Below, piece after piece: positions 20,186 through 29,297 of a DNA stretch of 39,594 nt; within the stretch, counting starts at the first letter, position 1; every line of letters begins with the position of its first letter. A model generated the notes under the pieces. That model worked only from the letters and a program-made list of their open reading frames with translations. It was not told where the DNA came from and ran no database searches. A program made the translations under genes and the position numbers. The stretch comes from an uncultured Alkaliphilus sp. (GTDB lineage Bacteria; Bacillota; Clostridia; Peptostreptococcales; Natronincolaceae). The DNA is taken from positions 1-39,594 of the forward strand of contig CAYLIZ010000003.1 of the NCBI GenBank assembly GCA_964383985.1, written 5' to 3'.

Positions 20186-20214
20186 AGTATATAATTATTT
20201 TATAAAAAAATCAA
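20186..20214 (-). promoter_or_regulatory. SigA-type promoter for the fapR-plsX-fab operon
   Basis: On the minus strand, TTGATT, a 17-nt spacer, then TATACT. An alternative -10 (TATAAT, 20174-20179) overlaps the second FapR-like box. Confidence 0.45.
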
Positions 20215-20330
20215 GCATTATATTCCACATAAATAATAAAGTTTATCTAATGTAATATATAGATATATAAGTTTAAAATTTAATAAAAAACACACATAAT
20301 TGCGGCCTTACTAATACATAAACCTTTATA

Positions 20331-20373
20331 AACAAAAAATAATAATGCACTACATTTATTTATGTATGCATTA
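20331..20373 (-). terminator. Intrinsic terminator after rpmF
   Basis: Stem taatgcaCtacat/atgtaTgcatta (20343-20373) with one mismatch and a 6-nt loop. It is flanked by an A-run upstream and a T-run downstream, so it looks bidirectional. Confidence 0.6.
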
Positions 20374-20399
20374 CTATTTTTTCATATTTGTAAGATATA

Positions 20400-20576
20400 T
20401 TATTTAACAACAACCTCTCTGTTCTTATAGTATCCACACTCAGGACACACTCTGTGAGGTAATCTTGGTTCGTGACACTGCGGACATTTTACAAACCCCG
20501 GAGCAATATATTTTGAATTAGAGGCCCTTCTCATATTTCTTTTAGATTTTCCGGTCTTACGCTTTGGTACTGCCAT
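20400..20576 (-). CDS. rpmF: 50S ribosomal protein L32
   Basis: This ORF is below the ORF-track cutoff and I translated it by hand: [58 protein letters not shown] (58 aa). It has a CxxC...CxxC zinc ribbon, a GGGAGG RBS upstream and the usual yceD-rpmF pairing. Confidence 0.95.
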   Translation of the reverse strand: MAVPKRKTGKSKRNMRRASNSKYIAPGFVKCPQCHEPRLPHRVCPECGYYKNREVVVK

Positions 20577-20596
20577 ATCAATACCTCCCTTGCTTA

Positions 20597-21121
20597 TTAT
20601 AAAAGTTTTTTAAGTTTAGCTAATCGAGGATCTATATCATCTTCACAGGGTTGCATATGATTACAATTACAAGAACCTTTTTCTAATTTTGTGCCACACT
20701 TTGGACAAAGACCTTCGCATGTTTCGTCACATACAAGCCTAATAGGAATATTTATTATAATATGTTCCTTTATCAATTTTCCCAAGTCAAATATATTATC
20801 CTCATAATAGATTATATCATCATCTATCTGATCATTTTCGGGTTCAAACAAATTTTCATGGATAATTTCCGCGTTGATACTTGAATTAAAATGATAGATA
20901 AATGGTTCAAGGCATCTATTGCAATTTGCTTGCATATCTGCTCTTATTTCCAAGGTTATATATAATCTATAATCAACCACATGTAATTTACCCTTAACAT
21001 CAACAGGCGATATTATATATATCTTATCGCCATAAAAATCAATAGCGTCAAGATCTAGGGTAAAATTTAGATTTAAAGTGCTCTGATCTCCTTTTCTTAT
21101 ACTATCAATATCAAGTTTCAT
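20597..21121 (-). CDS. yceD: DUF177 (YceD/YlbN family) protein
   Basis: 174 aa counted from the internal ATG (MKLDIDSI...), which is preceded by GAGGTGA. It has the C-terminal Cys cluster [13 protein letters not shown] typical of YceD. The longer ORF-track version (to 21265) would run through a consensus promoter. Confidence 0.88.
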   Translation of the reverse strand: MKLDIDSIRKGDQSTLNLNFTLDLDAIDFYGDKIYIISPVDVKGKLHVVDYRLYITLEIRADMQANCNRCLEPFIYHFNSSINAEIIHENLFEPENDQIDDDIIYYEDNIFDLGKLIKEHIIINIPIRLVCDETCEGLCPKCGTKLEKGSCNCNHMQPCEDDIDPRLAKLKKLL

Positions 21122-21152
21122 AAATATCACCTCGGGCACATTGCTAAGATAG

Positions 21153-21181
21153 ATTATACAAATGATTTTTTTGTTTGTCAA
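21153..21181 (-). promoter_or_regulatory. Consensus SigA promoter for yceD-rpmF
   Basis: On the minus strand, TTGACA, a 17-nt spacer, then TATAAT. Both hexamers are perfect. It lies about 30 nt upstream of the yceD ATG. Confidence 0.65.
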
Positions 21182-21261
21182 GTATTTTGATCTTGGCGGT
21201 AGTGTTGTTATCTCAATAGATATTGTATCAGTATCAGGCAATTGTATACCTTGTATTTCTT

Positions 21262-21292
21262 GCAAAATATTAAAAGGTAGGCACGCCTACCT
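21262..21292 (-). terminator. Intrinsic terminator after ackA
   Basis: Stem aggtagg/cctacct (21275-21292) with a GC-rich core, followed on the minus strand by UUUUAAUAUUUU. Confidence 0.65.
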
Positions 21293-21323
21293 CTTAGCAT
21301 TTATTGAAATTTATTGAAATTTA

Positions 21324-22520
21324 TTATTTTACTGCTATATCTCTAGTCTCCCTTGCAATAGCAAGTTCTTCATTTGTAGGTATCAATAACACCTTGACCT
21401 TGGAGTTATCTGAGGATATTATTGTCTCTTTGCCTCTCACATCGTTCTTTTCATCGTCAATTTCTACCCCTAAGAATTCCAAACCACTGCAAGATTCCTT
21501 GCGGGTTTCTATAGAATTTTCACCCACACCGGCTGTAAATACTATGACATCCAAGCCGCCCATTACAGCAGCATAAGCAGCTATATATTTTTTAATTCTT
21601 CGATTGTATACATCCAATGCTAATTGTGCTCTATCATTGCCTTCTTCAGCAGCTTTGAGTATATCCCTAAGATCATTACTTAGCCCTGATAATCCGAAAA
21701 GCCCTGATTTCTTATTCATTAAGTCATCGAGTTCTTGAAATGATAGACCTTCTTTATCTGCTAAAAATGGGATAATAGCAGGGTCTATATCTCCACATCT
21801 GGTACCCATTACTAAACCTTCTAATGGGGTAAGTCCCATACTTGTATCTACAGATTTGCCGCCATCTACAGCAGTCATGCTGGCACCGTTTCCTATATGA
21901 CAGGTAACAATTTTTAAATCCTCAATCGGTTTTCCAAGTATTTCAGCTGCTCTGCGTGCTACATACATATGAGATGTACCATGGAAGCCATACCTTCTAA
22001 CACCATATTTTTCATATAATTCATAAGGCAGTGCGTATATATACGCTTGTGAAGGCATTGTTTGATGAAATGCCGTATCGAATACTGCTACCATCGGCAC
22101 ATCCGGTAATAATTCCTTACAAGCATGTATTCCCATAAGATTTGGAGGATTATGTAACGGCGCAAGATTTGCACATCCTTCTATTTCAGCTATTACATCA
22201 TCTGTTATAAGCACAGAACTTGTAAATTCTTCTCCTCCATGAACAACACGATGTCCTACTGCTGATATTTCATCCATTGATTTAATTACACCATGCTCAG
22301 GATTAGTTAGTGCATCCATTACGATTTGAAGTGTTATTTTATGGTCTTCTAAATCTTTCTCTATGACAACTTCTTCTTTACCAATTGTTTCGTGGGTGAC
22401 TAATGAACCGCTAATTCCTATCCTTTCAGCTAAACCTATTGCAAGAAGTTCTTCATTTTCCATATCAATAAGCTGATACTTTAGTGACGAACTTCCACAA
22501 TTCACTACTAAAACCTTCAT
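21324..22520 (-). CDS. ackA: Acetate kinase
   Basis: 398-aa ORF starting [17 protein letters not shown], with HRVVHGG and FHGTSH motifs. Confidence 0.97.
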   Translation of the reverse strand: MKVLVVNCGSSSLKYQLIDMENEELLAIGLAERIGISGSLVTHETIGKEEVVIEKDLEDHKITLQIVMDALTNPEHGVIKSMDEISAVGHRVVHGGEEFTSSVLITDDVIAEIEGCANLAPLHNPPNLMGIHACKELLPDVPMVAVFDTAFHQTMPSQAYIYALPYELYEKYGVRRYGFHGTSHMYVARRAAEILGKPIEDLKIVTCHIGNGASMTAVDGGKSVDTSMGLTPLEGLVMGTRCGDIDPAIIPFLADKEGLSFQELDDLMNKKSGLFGLSGLSNDLRDILKAAEEGNDRAQLALDVYNRRIKKYIAAYAAVMGGLDVIVFTAGVGENSIETRKESCSGLEFLGVEIDDEKNDVRGKETIISSDNSKVKVLLIPTNEELAIARETRDIAVK

Positions 22521-22545
22521 ATTAATACCTCCCTATTTTATATTA

Positions 22546-22578
22546 TTACTAATTTACTACTAACCATATTACTACTAA
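22546..22578. repeat. Direct repeats TTACTACTAA (two perfect copies plus one partial) in the predicted ackA 5' UTR
   Basis: ttactactaa occurs at 22554-22563 and 22569-22578, and ttactaa at 22546-22552. A fourth near-copy, tcactactaa, lies at 22502-22511 inside ackA codons 4-6. Confidence 0.7.
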
Positions 22579-22606
22579 TCATAATAAATTTTCAGAAAAT
22601 TATCAA
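22578..22606 (-). promoter_or_regulatory. Candidate SigA promoter for ackA
   Basis: On the minus strand, TTGATA, a 17-nt spacer, then TATGAT. The spacer is occupied by the CodY box. Confidence 0.45.
22587..22601. promoter_or_regulatory. CodY box
   Basis: AATTTTCAGAAAATT is a 15/15 match to the CodY consensus AATTTTCWGAAAATT. It is palindromic and lies in the divergent ackA/tmcAL intergenic region. Confidence 0.6.
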
Positions 22607-22664
22607 GGCATTTATTCAATTTTTACATTTAATTAGAATATATTTGAATTTATACCTTATATAA

Positions 22665-22692
22665 TTCAATTATATGTATTAAAATATATACT
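22665..22692 (+). promoter_or_regulatory. Candidate promoter for tmcAL
   Basis: TTCAAT, a 16-nt spacer, then TATACT, about 24 nt upstream of the ATG. The call is weak because this is very AT-rich DNA. Confidence 0.3.
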
Positions 22693-22715
22693 AGAAAACT
22701 TTTTTTGGAGGTATT

Positions 22716-23984
22716 ATGAAAATTTTAGGTCTGGTTACAGAATATAATCCTTTTCACAATGGACACTTATATCATTTAGACATGTCTAAGAAAATTACCA
22801 ATGCTACGCACACCGTAGCAATAATGAGCGGTAATTTTCTTCAAAGGGGTGAACCTGCCATTATACATAAATGGGAGCGTGCAAAAATGGCTGTAAAATC
22901 CGGGGTTGATTTAGTAATTGAGCTTCCTACTCTTTATGCCTGCTCAACAGCAGAAATTTTTGCCCATGGTGCTATAAGCTTACTTAATAGTTTAAAGGTT
23001 ATTAACTATATTAGCTTTGGCAGCGAGATAGGCGATTTGAATTTACTTTTGAAAATTTCCGATATATTAGTTGATTCCCCACCTCAGTTTTCATCAATAT
23101 TAAAAAACTATATCAATTTAGGTTTTACATTTCCTATTGCCCGTTCCAAAGCTGTAATTGAATATCTTGAAAAGGTAGAAGATTATGAGACTAACAAACT
23201 GATTTTAATAAATAATGTTATGAAAAATCCTAATAATATTTTAGGTATAGAATATTTAAAAGCAATTAAACAGCTTAACAGCCCAATTATACCTTACACC
23301 ATCAGCAGAAAATCTGCTCATTATAATGATAAAAAAATCTTCATAGGTTCAATTGCAAGTGCCATCGCTATAAGAGAACATATATTCAACAATAAACCTT
23401 TATCAGATATTAAGTATGTACTCCCAAATTCTACATTCAATATTTTATTATTTAACATAAATGCCGGATTTGCTCCTATCTCCAATATGGACTTTGAAAA
23501 GCCTATTCTTGCTATATTAAGAAGGAGCAATTTAGATAATATAAGAAATGTTTTTGATGTTGTAGAAGGATTAGAAAATAGAATTTATCAATGTTCTATT
23601 AAAACAAATACTTTACCAAAACTTTATAATTGCATCAAGAGCAAACGTTATACATTAACAAGAATACAACGGATCTTAATGCATATTTTATTAAATATAA
23701 ATAAAAACGACATTTTTTATTGTAACGATAACGGTGGCCCTCAATATGCTCGCGTGTTAGCTTTTAATACAAAGGGGCGTGAAATACTCAAAGCCTTAAA
23801 AACTACCTCTTCTATACCTATAATTTCTAATTTAAAGCATTATCATCCACAAAACAAAGCTGCACGTAAAATGTTGAATATAGATATCCGCGCAACAAAT
23901 ATATATTCCCTAGCCTTTAAAAATAAATCAACTATTAAAGCACCCTTGGATTATACCACAAGCCCCTATTATGAAAATATTTAA
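22716..23984 (+). CDS. tmcAL: tRNA(Met) cytidine acetate ligase (YlbM/UPF0348 nucleotidyltransferase)
   Basis: 422-aa ORF with the N-terminal class-I nucleotidyltransferase motif [15 protein letters not shown] is GGAGG. Confidence 0.85.
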   Translation: MKILGLVTEYNPFHNGHLYHLDMSKKITNATHTVAIMSGNFLQRGEPAIIHKWERAKMAVKSGVDLVIELPTLYACSTAEIFAHGAISLLNSLKVINYISFGSEIGDLNLLLKISDILVDSPPQFSSILKNYINLGFTFPIARSKAVIEYLEKVEDYETNKLILINNVMKNPNNILGIEYLKAIKQLNSPIIPYTISRKSAHYNDKKIFIGSIASAIAIREHIFNNKPLSDIKYVLPNSTFNILLFNINAGFAPISNMDFEKPILAILRRSNLDNIRNVFDVVEGLENRIYQCSIKTNTLPKLYNCIKSKRYTLTRIQRILMHILLNINKNDIFYCNDNGGPQYARVLAFNTKGREILKALKTTSSIPIISNLKHYHPQNKAARKMLNIDIRATNIYSLAFKNKSTIKAPLDYTTSPYYENI

Positions 23985-24089
23985 TTTATTACGGCATGAA
24001 TAACATCCCACTTTATAAAATATATATCTAGTATGCATTTGTTTTAATGTTTGCTAGTTAAAAATATATTTTTATACGGGAGGGATGTT

Positions 24090-25403
24090 ATGATTCTAAA
24101 TATTATCCTGTTTATCATATTTGTACTAATATGTATTTTTATTGCAATGTATTTTCGAAAATTTATAAATTATAAATTGTACAGTACTTTTTCTAATTAT
24201 TTTGTTATATTAATTGTATTTTTATTAGTAATTACAATTATGATATATCCGGCACAATCTGTGGACGCAGCTTATAATGGACTTATTATATGGGCAACAT
24301 TAGTAATTCCGGCCCTGCTTCCATTTTTTATTGGTTCAGAATTATTGATCAATCTCGGTGTTGTCAAATTTATAGGCATAATACTAGAGCCAATAATGAG
24401 ACCTGTTTTTAACGTTCCCGGAGAGGGATCTTTTGCCTTTGCCATGAGTGTTACATCAGGATATCCGGTTGGTGCTAAAATTGTCTCTAAACTCAAATCC
24501 AATAAAGCTTTAACCAAAACTGAAGCTCAAAGATTAATATCATTTTGTAGTACTTCCGGACCTTTATTTATGATTGGCACGGTATCAGTAGGCATGTTTA
24601 AATCATCAAAACTAGGAGCCTTTATAGCTGTTTCCCATTATTTAGGTGCTATTATGGTTGGTATAATATTTAGCTTCTATAAAAAATCGACTAAAAATAA
24701 TAGAATTATTAGACAAAAAGAAAATTTAGTTAAGAGAGCTTTTTCTGAAATAAAAACAAATAATAACCAAAATCCGCCTATAGGAATTATCCTGGGTAAT
24801 GCTATTAGAAATTCATTAAATACTATATTAATGATAGGGGGCTTTATAACTTTATTTGCCGTTATTATTCGTATGTTAGAACTTTTGAAAATAATAGACT
24901 TGATTACCTCTATTATAATTACATTACTCCCTCTGAAAATATCACCAACAATTATTCGCTCTTTAATTACCGGATTTTTTGAGATAACCATGGGAACAAA
25001 ATTTGTTATAGATAGTACAGGTATTGATTTGCCTACCAAGATCGCTGTTGTTAGTTTTATAATAGGGTGGAGTGGCTTTTCTATACACGCACAGATTGCA
25101 AGCATTCTAGGGGGTACCGGTATAAAATCGCATATATACATGTTTTCCAAAGCCTTACATGGGCTGTTATCATCACTGATAGCGTATATATTTTTCCCTA
25201 TCTTTAACAGTTATTTTTTTATATCATATCCTGTATACAGTACATATCAGTCAATAAGTCCCTATAAGAAATTTTTATTTAACTGTAAATTTTCAGTTGA
25301 ATTGTTCATTGTGGTTTTAATAGGCTTATTTCTTTTGTCCTTAGTAATTGCATTTCTATTAAAAATACGAAATTATATTATTTGTAAAAAAAGAATGAAG
25401 TAG
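24090..25403 (+). CDS. ylbJ: Sporulation integral membrane protein YlbJ (nucleoside-recognition/Gate domain family)
   Basis: Polytopic membrane protein of about 437 aa. The start is set at the ATG after GGGAGGG (MILNIILF...). It is convergent with the coaD operon, as in B. subtilis. Confidence 0.82.
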   Translation: MILNIILFIIFVLICIFIAMYFRKFINYKLYSTFSNYFVILIVFLLVITIMIYPAQSVDAAYNGLIIWATLVIPALLPFFIGSELLINLGVVKFIGIILEPIMRPVFNVPGEGSFAFAMSVTSGYPVGAKIVSKLKSNKALTKTEAQRLISFCSTSGPLFMIGTVSVGMFKSSKLGAFIAVSHYLGAIMVGIIFSFYKKSTKNNRIIRQKENLVKRAFSEIKTNNNQNPPIGIILGNAIRNSLNTILMIGGFITLFAVIIRMLELLKIIDLITSIIITLLPLKISPTIIRSLITGFFEITMGTKFVIDSTGIDLPTKIAVVSFIIGWSGFSIHAQIASILGGTGIKSHIYMFSKALHGLLSSLIAYIFFPIFNSYFFISYPVYSTYQSISPYKKFLFNCKFSVELFIVVLIGLFLLSLVIAFLLKIRNYIICKKRMK

Positions 25404-25406
25404 CAA

Positions 25407-25856
25407 TTACTTCATGCCTCTCAATTCATCCCTGTTTTCCCTAACAGTATTAATTAAATCTGTTAAATCCAGTTCAATAGATTCTAATAAACTATCTACA
25501 TAGTCCTTTGCACCTAATCGCATTTCCTTAGCACTATTTTGCGCTTGCGTAATTATTTTTTGGGCTTGTTCATTAGCTAATTTAGTAATTTCGTTCTGAT
25601 CAATCATTGATAAAATATGTTTATTCGCCTCTTCTGAAATTGCATCTGCCTCCTGCTGAGCTTCCGCTAATATGCGCTGTCTTTCTTCTTTGATCCACTG
25701 AGCCTGCTTAATCTCATCCGGAAGATGAATCCTGATTTCTTTTATAATCTCTAATACTTCTCCTTTGCTAACCAATACTTTTTGTACAAAAGGTATAGAT
25801 GAGCAATTTTCAATTATATCTTCTAATTCTTCAATAAGTTTTAATACGTTCATCAC
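25407..25856 (-). CDS. Conserved hypothetical coiled-coil protein of unknown function
   Basis: 149-aa ORF that is strongly helical and charged (EERQRILAEAQQEADAISEEANK...). It has a GGGGGA-type RBS, lies immediately upstream of coaD and is probably co-transcribed with it. I could not recognise any catalytic motif. Confidence 0.7.
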   Translation of the reverse strand: MMNVLKLIEELEDIIENCSSIPFVQKVLVSKGEVLEIIKEIRIHLPDEIKQAQWIKEERQRILAEAQQEADAISEEANKHILSMIDQNEITKLANEQAQKIITQAQNSAKEMRLGAKDYVDSLLESIELDLTDLINTVRENRDELRGMK

Positions 25857-25885
25857 ATAGTCCCCCTTATTATATGGCCCCCAAC

Positions 25886-26365
25886 CTAATTTGAAAACTT
25901 ATTAATTATCTCTTTACGAACATTTTCAGGTACTAATCCTTTTATGCATCCACCAAATCTAGCAACTTCTTTAATTATGCTAGAACTTAAAAAAGAATAT
26001 TCGCTGCTAGTCATTAAAAATATTGTCTCAATATTGGGACATAATTTTCGATTCATTAACGCCATTTGAAATTCATATTCAAAATCTGAAATCGCTCTTA
26101 AACCTTTAATGATGCTTACAGCCTGCTTCTGTTGTGCATATTCTACTAATAATCCTGTAAAGGTCTCTACTGTCACATTGGAATAACTTTTTACAGCACC
26201 CTTAACTTGTTTAAGCCGCTCCTCCATAGTAAATAAAGGAGTTTTATTCGGATTATATATTATAGATACAATTAAATGCTCACACATTTTAGAAGCCCTT
26301 TCAATCACATCTAAATGCCCATTAGTAATTGGATCGAAACTTCCGGGATAAATTGCTACCCTCAT
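25886..26365 (-). CDS. coaD: Phosphopantetheine adenylyltransferase
   Basis: [20 protein letters not shown]-terminus and an ISSSIIKE motif. Confidence 0.96.
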   Translation of the reverse strand: MRVAIYPGSFDPITNGHLDVIERASKMCEHLIVSIIYNPNKTPLFTMEERLKQVKGAVKSYSNVTVETFTGLLVEYAQQKQAVSIIKGLRAISDFEYEFQMALMNRKLCPNIETIFLMTSSEYSFLSSSIIKEVARFGGCIKGLVPENVRKEIINKFSN

Positions 26366-26926
26366 TTAATTCTCCTCCCCTAATCGATAAAAGGAAATTG
26401 CTACATCTCCATATCTGTTAGTTCTATATTTTTTAAATTTATGTACATTATTTGAAACTTTATCTTTTATACTATATTCAACAATTACTATTCCATCTAA
26501 TTGTAGTATATCGTAGTAAGAGATTGCTTCCAAAGTAGGTTCTATAAATCCTTTTGAATATGGTGGGTCTAAAAATATAATATTAGCCTTTATTTCATGC
26601 TCGCTTAACCTTATTATACCATTTAATGCGTCTATTTGGATTATTTCAGAATTATTAATTAAACCGGTTTTTTTAAGGTTTTCTTTAATTGATTGGATAC
26701 TATTTTTATTGTTATCTATAAAATAGGTCCTACTAGCATTTCTTGATAGAGCTTCTATACCTAAACTACCGCTCCCCGCAAATAAGTCTATCACAATACT
26801 GTTATTCAGTTTTGTTTGAATAATATTAAATATAGATTCTTTTACCCTATCAGCAGTAGGTCTCGTATTTAAACCCTTAGGTGCTTTCAAAATATGTCCC
26901 TTTGCTTTTCCTGAAATAACCCTCAT
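26366..26926 (-). CDS. rsmD: 16S rRNA (guanine966-N2)-methyltransferase
   Basis: SAM-binding motif DLFAGSGSLGIEALSR and the DPPY motif. The start is set at ATG (MRVISGKAKG), 10 nt after GGAGGGG. Confidence 0.92.
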   Translation of the reverse strand: MRVISGKAKGHILKAPKGLNTRPTADRVKESIFNIIQTKLNNSIVIDLFAGSGSLGIEALSRNASRTYFIDNNKNSIQSIKENLKKTGLINNSEIIQIDALNGIIRLSEHEIKANIIFLDPPYSKGFIEPTLEAISYYDILQLDGIVIVEYSIKDKVSNNVHKFKKYRTNRYGDVAISFYRLGEEN

Positions 26927-26954
26927 ATAGACCAATCCCCTCCAATTTAGACCT

Positions 26955-26963
26955 ATTATACCA
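26955..26963 (-). promoter_or_regulatory. Extended -10 element upstream of rsmD-coaD
   Basis: Minus-strand TGgTATAAT, about 30 nt upstream of the rsmD ATG. Confidence 0.35.
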
Positions 26964-27142
26964 GTTAATTTTCGTTAAACATTTAGTCCTTTGTCTGGTG
27001 TAATAAACCAATTTAAATTTATAATTATTTTAGCATATCCTTATTTATAAATAAAATATTTTTCACTTCTAAGATTTTTAAATTTTCTATGGCTATGAAT
27101 TTACTTATAGTTAGTTATTGGATTAATGTAATGTTATTATTT

Positions 27143-29200
27143 CTAATCGAAGAATAAACCTTTTTCTTTAGAACAAAACTTTTGCTCTAACCTTCTCCTA
27201 AGCAATGGATACTTATTTAGTTCCGGATCTATTACCATCATCTTTTCTACTTCCCTTTGTGCTGCTTCCAGCACAGAAATATGTCTAAACAAATTTGCCA
27301 CTTTAAGCTCTGGCAAACCATGTTGCTTAGTACCAAAAAATTCCCCGGGCCCTCTAATCTGTAAATCTTTTTCAGATATAATAAAGCCATCCGTAGTATG
27401 TTGCATTATATCCATGCGTTGTTTTGAAATCTCCGACCTGCTATTATTTATTAAAACACAATATGATTGATGACCTCCCCTTCCCACCCTTCCCCTTAAC
27501 TGATGAAGTTGAGTCAATCCAAAACGTTCTGCATTTTCTATTACCATAATAGTTGCATTAGAAACATTTATCCCAACTTCTATGACGGTGGTTGAAACTA
27601 AAACATCTATACTTCCTCTTTTAAAATTGTCCATTATTTTTTCCTTTTCTTTGGCTGACATTTTTCCATGAAGAAGTGATACATTATAACCCTTTAATAA
27701 ACCTGCGGAAAGCTCATCGGCAATTTCTATGACTGATCGGATATCTACAGCTTCCAACCCCTCTATCAATGGACAAACAACATAAGCCTGTCTTCCTTCA
27801 TCTAATTGTTTTTTTACAAAATTATAAATATCATTCCTCTTAGTAGGGGTACAACTATAAGTTTTTATAACCCTTCTACCCGGAGGCAATTGATCTATAA
27901 TTGATATGTCTAAATCACCATATAAAATTAATGCCAATGTTCGGGGAATTGGAGTTGCCGTCATAACTAAAATATGAGGGTTTTTTCCTTTGTTGGCGAA
28001 CATGGCTCTTTGTCTTACTCCAAATCTATGCTGTTCATCCGTAATCACCAAGGCCAAATTACAAAAATTTACACCCTCTTGAATAAGTGCATGTGTACCT
28101 ATTACTATATTAATTTCTCCTAACTCTATTTCTTTCAATATTTTATTTTTTTCACTACTAGATAAGCTCCCTGTCAAAAGACCTATCTTAATCCCAAAAG
28201 GCTCAAGAAATTTTTTTATAGACAAATAATGTTGTTCTGCCAATATTTCAGTTGGAGCCATAAATCCACCTTGATAACCGCTCATTACAGTTTTTAGTAG
28301 GGCCATTATAGCTACAATTGTTTTACCGGAGCCCACATCTCCTTGTACCAACCTATTCATCGGGATATCTCTCTCTAAATCTGAGGATATTTCCTTAAAA
28401 ACTCTTTTTTGAGCTTCAGTTAATGCAAACGGTAACTTTTTAATAAATTCATCTATTTTGTTATTGTTTTTAAGAGATGGCCCCCTTTCATCTTGTAGCA
28501 CTTTTCTTTTTATGCTCAACAGCCCTAGCTGTAAAAGAAAAAATTCTTCAAATACTAATCTATATTTAGCTACTCTCAAGGCACGTATAGAAATTGGAAA
28601 ATGTATATTATGTAGAGCAAACTTAATACTGCAAAGCCTGTGATTCTGTATAACTTCTTCCGGCAAATACTCCACTACAAAATTATTAACTATTTGAAGT
28701 GCCTTTTTTTGTATTGAAATAAGCTCTTTTTGATTCAAACCTTCAGTTAATGAATATATTGGAACTATACCTTGTTTGTTATTACTATGTATATCCATTT
28801 TTTCTATAACAGGATTAACTACTTGTAATCCCTTAAAACCTTTTTTAACTTCGCCATTTATCATTACATTTTGGCCTGGGGTTAGTATCTTTTTTAAATA
28901 TGTCTTATTAAAAAATATAACTTCAATGTTTCCGGTTTCATCTTTAACACTGAATTTAATTAGCGCTAAATTTTTTCTAGGTCTCGATATATTGATTTTT
29001 TCAGATATTTTTCCATAAAAGGTTGCTTTTTCACCTAATTCTAAATTAATAATTTTCTTTACATTTCTTCTATCATCATATCCTCTTGGTATATGCCATA
29101 TCATATCCTCTATAGTATTAATATTAAGGCGCCTTAAAAGATTAGACCTCTTAGGCCCAACTCCTTTAATATATCGAATATCTTGTTTTAGCTTGCTCAT
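27143..29200 (-). CDS. recG: ATP-dependent DNA helicase RecG
   Basis: 685-aa ORF with a wedge/OB N-terminal domain, Walker A GDVGSGKT, a DEQHRFG box and RGRVGRG motif VI. Confidence 0.97.
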   Translation of the reverse strand: MSKLKQDIRYIKGVGPKRSNLLRRLNINTIEDMIWHIPRGYDDRRNVKKIINLELGEKATFYGKISEKINISRPRKNLALIKFSVKDETGNIEVIFFNKTYLKKILTPGQNVMINGEVKKGFKGLQVVNPVIEKMDIHSNNKQGIVPIYSLTEGLNQKELISIQKKALQIVNNFVVEYLPEEVIQNHRLCSIKFALHNIHFPISIRALRVAKYRLVFEEFFLLQLGLLSIKRKVLQDERGPSLKNNNKIDEFIKKLPFALTEAQKRVFKEISSDLERDIPMNRLVQGDVGSGKTIVAIMALLKTVMSGYQGGFMAPTEILAEQHYLSIKKFLEPFGIKIGLLTGSLSSSEKNKILKEIELGEINIVIGTHALIQEGVNFCNLALVITDEQHRFGVRQRAMFANKGKNPHILVMTATPIPRTLALILYGDLDISIIDQLPPGRRVIKTYSCTPTKRNDIYNFVKKQLDEGRQAYVVCPLIEGLEAVDIRSVIEIADELSAGLLKGYNVSLLHGKMSAKEKEKIMDNFKRGSIDVLVSTTVIEVGINVSNATIMVIENAERFGLTQLHQLRGRVGRGGHQSYCVLINNSRSEISKQRMDIMQHTTDGFIISEKDLQIRGPGEFFGTKQHGLPELKVANLFRHISVLEAAQREVEKMMVIDPELNKYPLLRRRLEQKFCSKEKGLFFD

Positions 29201-29236
29201 TTATTAACACTCCAAATATCCTTTTATTTCTATTCT

Positions 29237-29245
29237 ATTATAACA
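29237..29245 (-). promoter_or_regulatory. Extended -10 element upstream of recG
   Basis: Minus-strand TGtTATAAT, about 37 nt upstream of the recG ATG. Confidence 0.35.
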
Positions 29246-29297
29246 AAATAATTTAAAAACTGATAGAATGAATTGAAAGAAGACGACCTTTACTTCC

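Noticed and set aside
20215-20330. A long AT-rich spacer lies between the rpmF terminator and the fapR promoter. I checked it for a small RNA or a riboswitch.
   Set aside because: I could not find a stable stem, a conserved-looking GC-rich core or an ORF. It is probably just an UP-element-like AT-rich promoter-upstream region.
21122-21265. The ORF track gives the yceD ORF a 48-aa N-terminal extension.
   Set aside because: The extension would be translated across a perfect TTGACA-17-TATAAT promoter and has no RBS. The internal ATG has GAGGTGA upstream and gives a typical DUF177 length.
21301-21326. A tandem 10-bp duplication (ttattgaaat twice plus a partial copy) lies at the ackA stop codon.
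   Set aside because: It is only about 2.6 copies of an AT-rich unit between the stop codon and the terminator. This is most simply a slippage duplication with no evident function.
23985-24089. I searched upstream of ylbJ for sporulation sigma-factor (SigE, SigK or SigG) promoter motifs.
   Set aside because: There are only loose resemblances, such as a TGAATA hexamer. No -10 matches the CATACA-T or CATA...TA patterns at the proper spacing.
27090-27158. A 22-aa plus-strand ORF (MAMNLLIVSYWINVMLLFLIEE) lies in the recG-rsmD spacer.
   Set aside because: It has no RBS, it runs antisense into the recG 3' end, and it is too short to distinguish from chance in AT-rich DNA.
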